This document shows, one piece after another, positions 62,197-64,000 of a stretch of DNA of 64,000 bases. Source of the stretch: Desulfobacterales bacterium (GTDB lineage: Bacteria; Desulfobacterota; Desulfobacteria; Desulfobacterales; UBA5852). The notes beneath the pieces were generated by a model that saw nothing but the letters and a program-made list of their open reading frames with translations, had not been told where the DNA came from and did no database searches. The position numbers and the translations under genes were made by a program. The DNA lies in NCBI GenBank assembly GCA_963674755.2, contig CAXXVS010000002.1:1280001-1344000 (forward strand). Reading direction: 5' to 3'. Each line of letters opens with the position of its first letter. The stretch's first letter is position 1.

Positions 62197-62250
62197 CAGC
62201 TTCCGGTCCACGCCGGTCGGCCATCGCTAATATCGGGAAACGTTTCCAGG

Positions 62251-62853
62251 GTGACACCCTACCGCAATTTTGCCGAATTGGCGCAACGTGAGGAAGAGGG
62301 CTTCGATTACCTCATCCTGTACCGTTGCGGACCTTCCGGCGTCCTGGTCATGGCACCCCACGCCGGTGGCATCGAACCGGGCACAGGGGACATAGCCGAT
62401 GCCCTGGCCGGCTCCGAGCACGCCTTCTACTGCTTCAAGGGACTCAAAAAGAGCGGCAACCATATCCTGCACATCACCAGCAACCGCTTTGACGAGCCCC
62501 TGGCCGTGCGCCTGCTGGGGAAAGCCCGGTGGGTGTTGACTGTTCACGGCTGTCGCGATGCCGCACCGCTGGTATGGGTCGGCGGTCGTGATTTGCTGCG
62601 GGGCGACACCATGATCAAGGCCCTGGAGGGGATCGGCATTCCCGCACACCGCTGTGAAGACCCTGCTTTGCGTGGATTGCAGCCGGAAAATATCTGCAAC
62701 AGCGGCCGCTCCCGAGCCGGCGTGCAGCTGGAAATCAGCCGTGGCCTGCGTGAAATGCTTTTCAGCAATTTATTCCGCCGGCGCCTCAGGCACCCTACCC
62801 CCCTCTTTGACCGCTTCACGACGGCCGTACGCGGCAGCCTCACGGATCGCTAG
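62251..62853 (+). CDS. Poly-gamma-glutamate hydrolase family (DUF867)
   Basis: APHAGGIEPGT, HITSNRFDEP, TVHG, NICN, GVQLEIS. Confidence 0.88.
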   Translation: MTPYRNFAELAQREEEGFDYLILYRCGPSGVLVMAPHAGGIEPGTGDIADALAGSEHAFYCFKGLKKSGNHILHITSNRFDEPLAVRLLGKARWVLTVHGCRDAAPLVWVGGRDLLRGDTMIKALEGIGIPAHRCEDPALRGLQPENICNSGRSRAGVQLEISRGLREMLFSNLFRRRLRHPTPLFDRFTTAVRGSLTDR

Positions 62854-63008
62854 AACTTTTGCGGGGCCTCCGCCCGAGGCGGCGGGTTTAGATCGAAACG
62901 AAATCCTGTTGACCATCCCCACCCGGCTGCGGTAGGCGATAGGAGCACTTCCGCGCCAAAGTCCCGATGCATCACCGCCATCCACCGCTCCCGACAGGAG
63001 GCTGCTTT

Positions 63009-63503
63009 ATGACGCAGGAACTCAACAGCCGCATGAAACTCGCCATGGCGTCGGAATCCGCCACCGCCGCCCGCAATCGTCTGTATGCCGCCAAGGCCAA
63101 AAAGGAAGGACAGCTTGCCTTGGCCAAGCTCATGACCGCTATGGCCACCGGCGAACAGATCAGTGCCCGGCGGGCGTTGATCCATCTGCGGGGTAAAATC
63201 GGACAGGCGGCTGCCCATCTGGAAGAACTTCGCCAACAAAAGGAAACCGCCGCCGCTCAGATCTATCCTGCCAGCCGGCAAGCCGCCGCTTCCGCTGGCG
63301 ACCGCTCCGCGGAAGCGGCCTTCCTGCAATTCGAGAAGGTCAGCCACAACCATGCCGCCCTGCTCGGCAATCCCGGCGTCGACACCGACGACCATGAGTT
63401 CTTCGTCTGCCAGGTGTGCGGCTATATCGCCTTGGACGTCATCCCGGAAAATTGCCCGGTGTGTGGTGCCGTGCCGGAACGCTTCAAGCCGGCCGTGGCC
63501 TGA
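63009..63503 (+). CDS. Rubrerythrin-like protein
   Basis: AGGAGG RBS; ferritin-like helices plus C-terminal CQVCGY...CPVCG. Confidence 0.8.
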   Translation: MTQELNSRMKLAMASESATAARNRLYAAKAKKEGQLALAKLMTAMATGEQISARRALIHLRGKIGQAAAHLEELRQQKETAAAQIYPASRQAAASAGDRSAEAAFLQFEKVSHNHAALLGNPGVDTDDHEFFVCQVCGYIALDVIPENCPVCGAVPERFKPAVA

Positions 63504-63529
63504 AGCATCGCCGGGGGGAGGATCAATTC

Positions 63530-63916
63530 ATGGATATTCATACCCATCAGCAAATCGATCAAACGCTCTGTGGATCTCCCGAAGAGCTGCAGCCCGGCTA
63601 CTGCCGGGTGGCTTTCACCGCCAGCGCCTGCATGGCCGCGGACGGCAAAGGTCTGGTGCACGGGGGCTTTATTTTTGGATTGGCCGACTATGCGGCCATG
63701 CTGGCCGTCAACGACCCCACCGTCGTGCTGGGCGCCGCAGAGGTCAAATTCCTCAAACCGGCATCGGTGGGCCAGCCCATCGTCGCCGAAGCCCGTGTCA
63801 AAGAAGTCAGCGGCCGCAAACACATAGTGGAGGTGGTGGTGACACGGGATGCTGAAACCCTGCTGGAGGGGCGCCTGACCTGCTTTGTTCTGGATCGGCA
63901 CGTCCTGGACAAATGA
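63530..63916 (+). CDS. PaaI-type hotdog-fold thioesterase
   Basis: GLVHGGFIFGLADYAA, VKFLKP. Confidence 0.88.
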   Translation: MDIHTHQQIDQTLCGSPEELQPGYCRVAFTASACMAADGKGLVHGGFIFGLADYAAMLAVNDPTVVLGAAEVKFLKPASVGQPIVAEARVKEVSGRKHIVEVVVTRDAETLLEGRLTCFVLDRHVLDK

Positions 63917-64000
63917 CCTCAGCCCTGTTTCCCGAAAGCGGACCTGGGGGCTTCGTTCGCTCATCATGGTTGCCGGCAAACCGGATCGGGGCACCCGGCA

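Overview
The window has two parts. Bases 1 to ~14,671 are the right-hand portion of an integrated, lower-GC genomic island. It ends at a 24-bp copy of the 3' end of a tRNA-Sec (att site, 14648-14671), next to a tyrosine integrase and a P4/D5-type primase-helicase. No capsid, terminase or conjugation genes are visible, so it looks satellite- or IME-like. Its cargo includes a tightly coupled minus-strand operon: SNF2/DUF3883 helicase -> DarT ADP-ribosyltransferase fused to an intact HD phosphohydrolase domain -> DarG-type macrodomain (runs off the left edge; not in the ORF track). Other island content: a ~300-nt highly base-paired intergenic segment ending in a terminator-like hairpin, a small tyrosine recombinase/DUF932/HD module, and an AT-rich GNAT cassette between two degenerate ~100-bp direct repeats. 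From ~14.7 kb on is ordinary GC-rich chromosome, by gene content probably a Desulfobacterota (inference): Mla/Pqi-like ABC system, pta-ackA, gpmI, pgk, gpsA, gyrA, thiolase, rarA, der and others. The best candidates for something undescribed are the DarT-HD fusion within the helicase operon and the adjacent structured RNA. All family calls come from motif recognition by eye; no searches were run.
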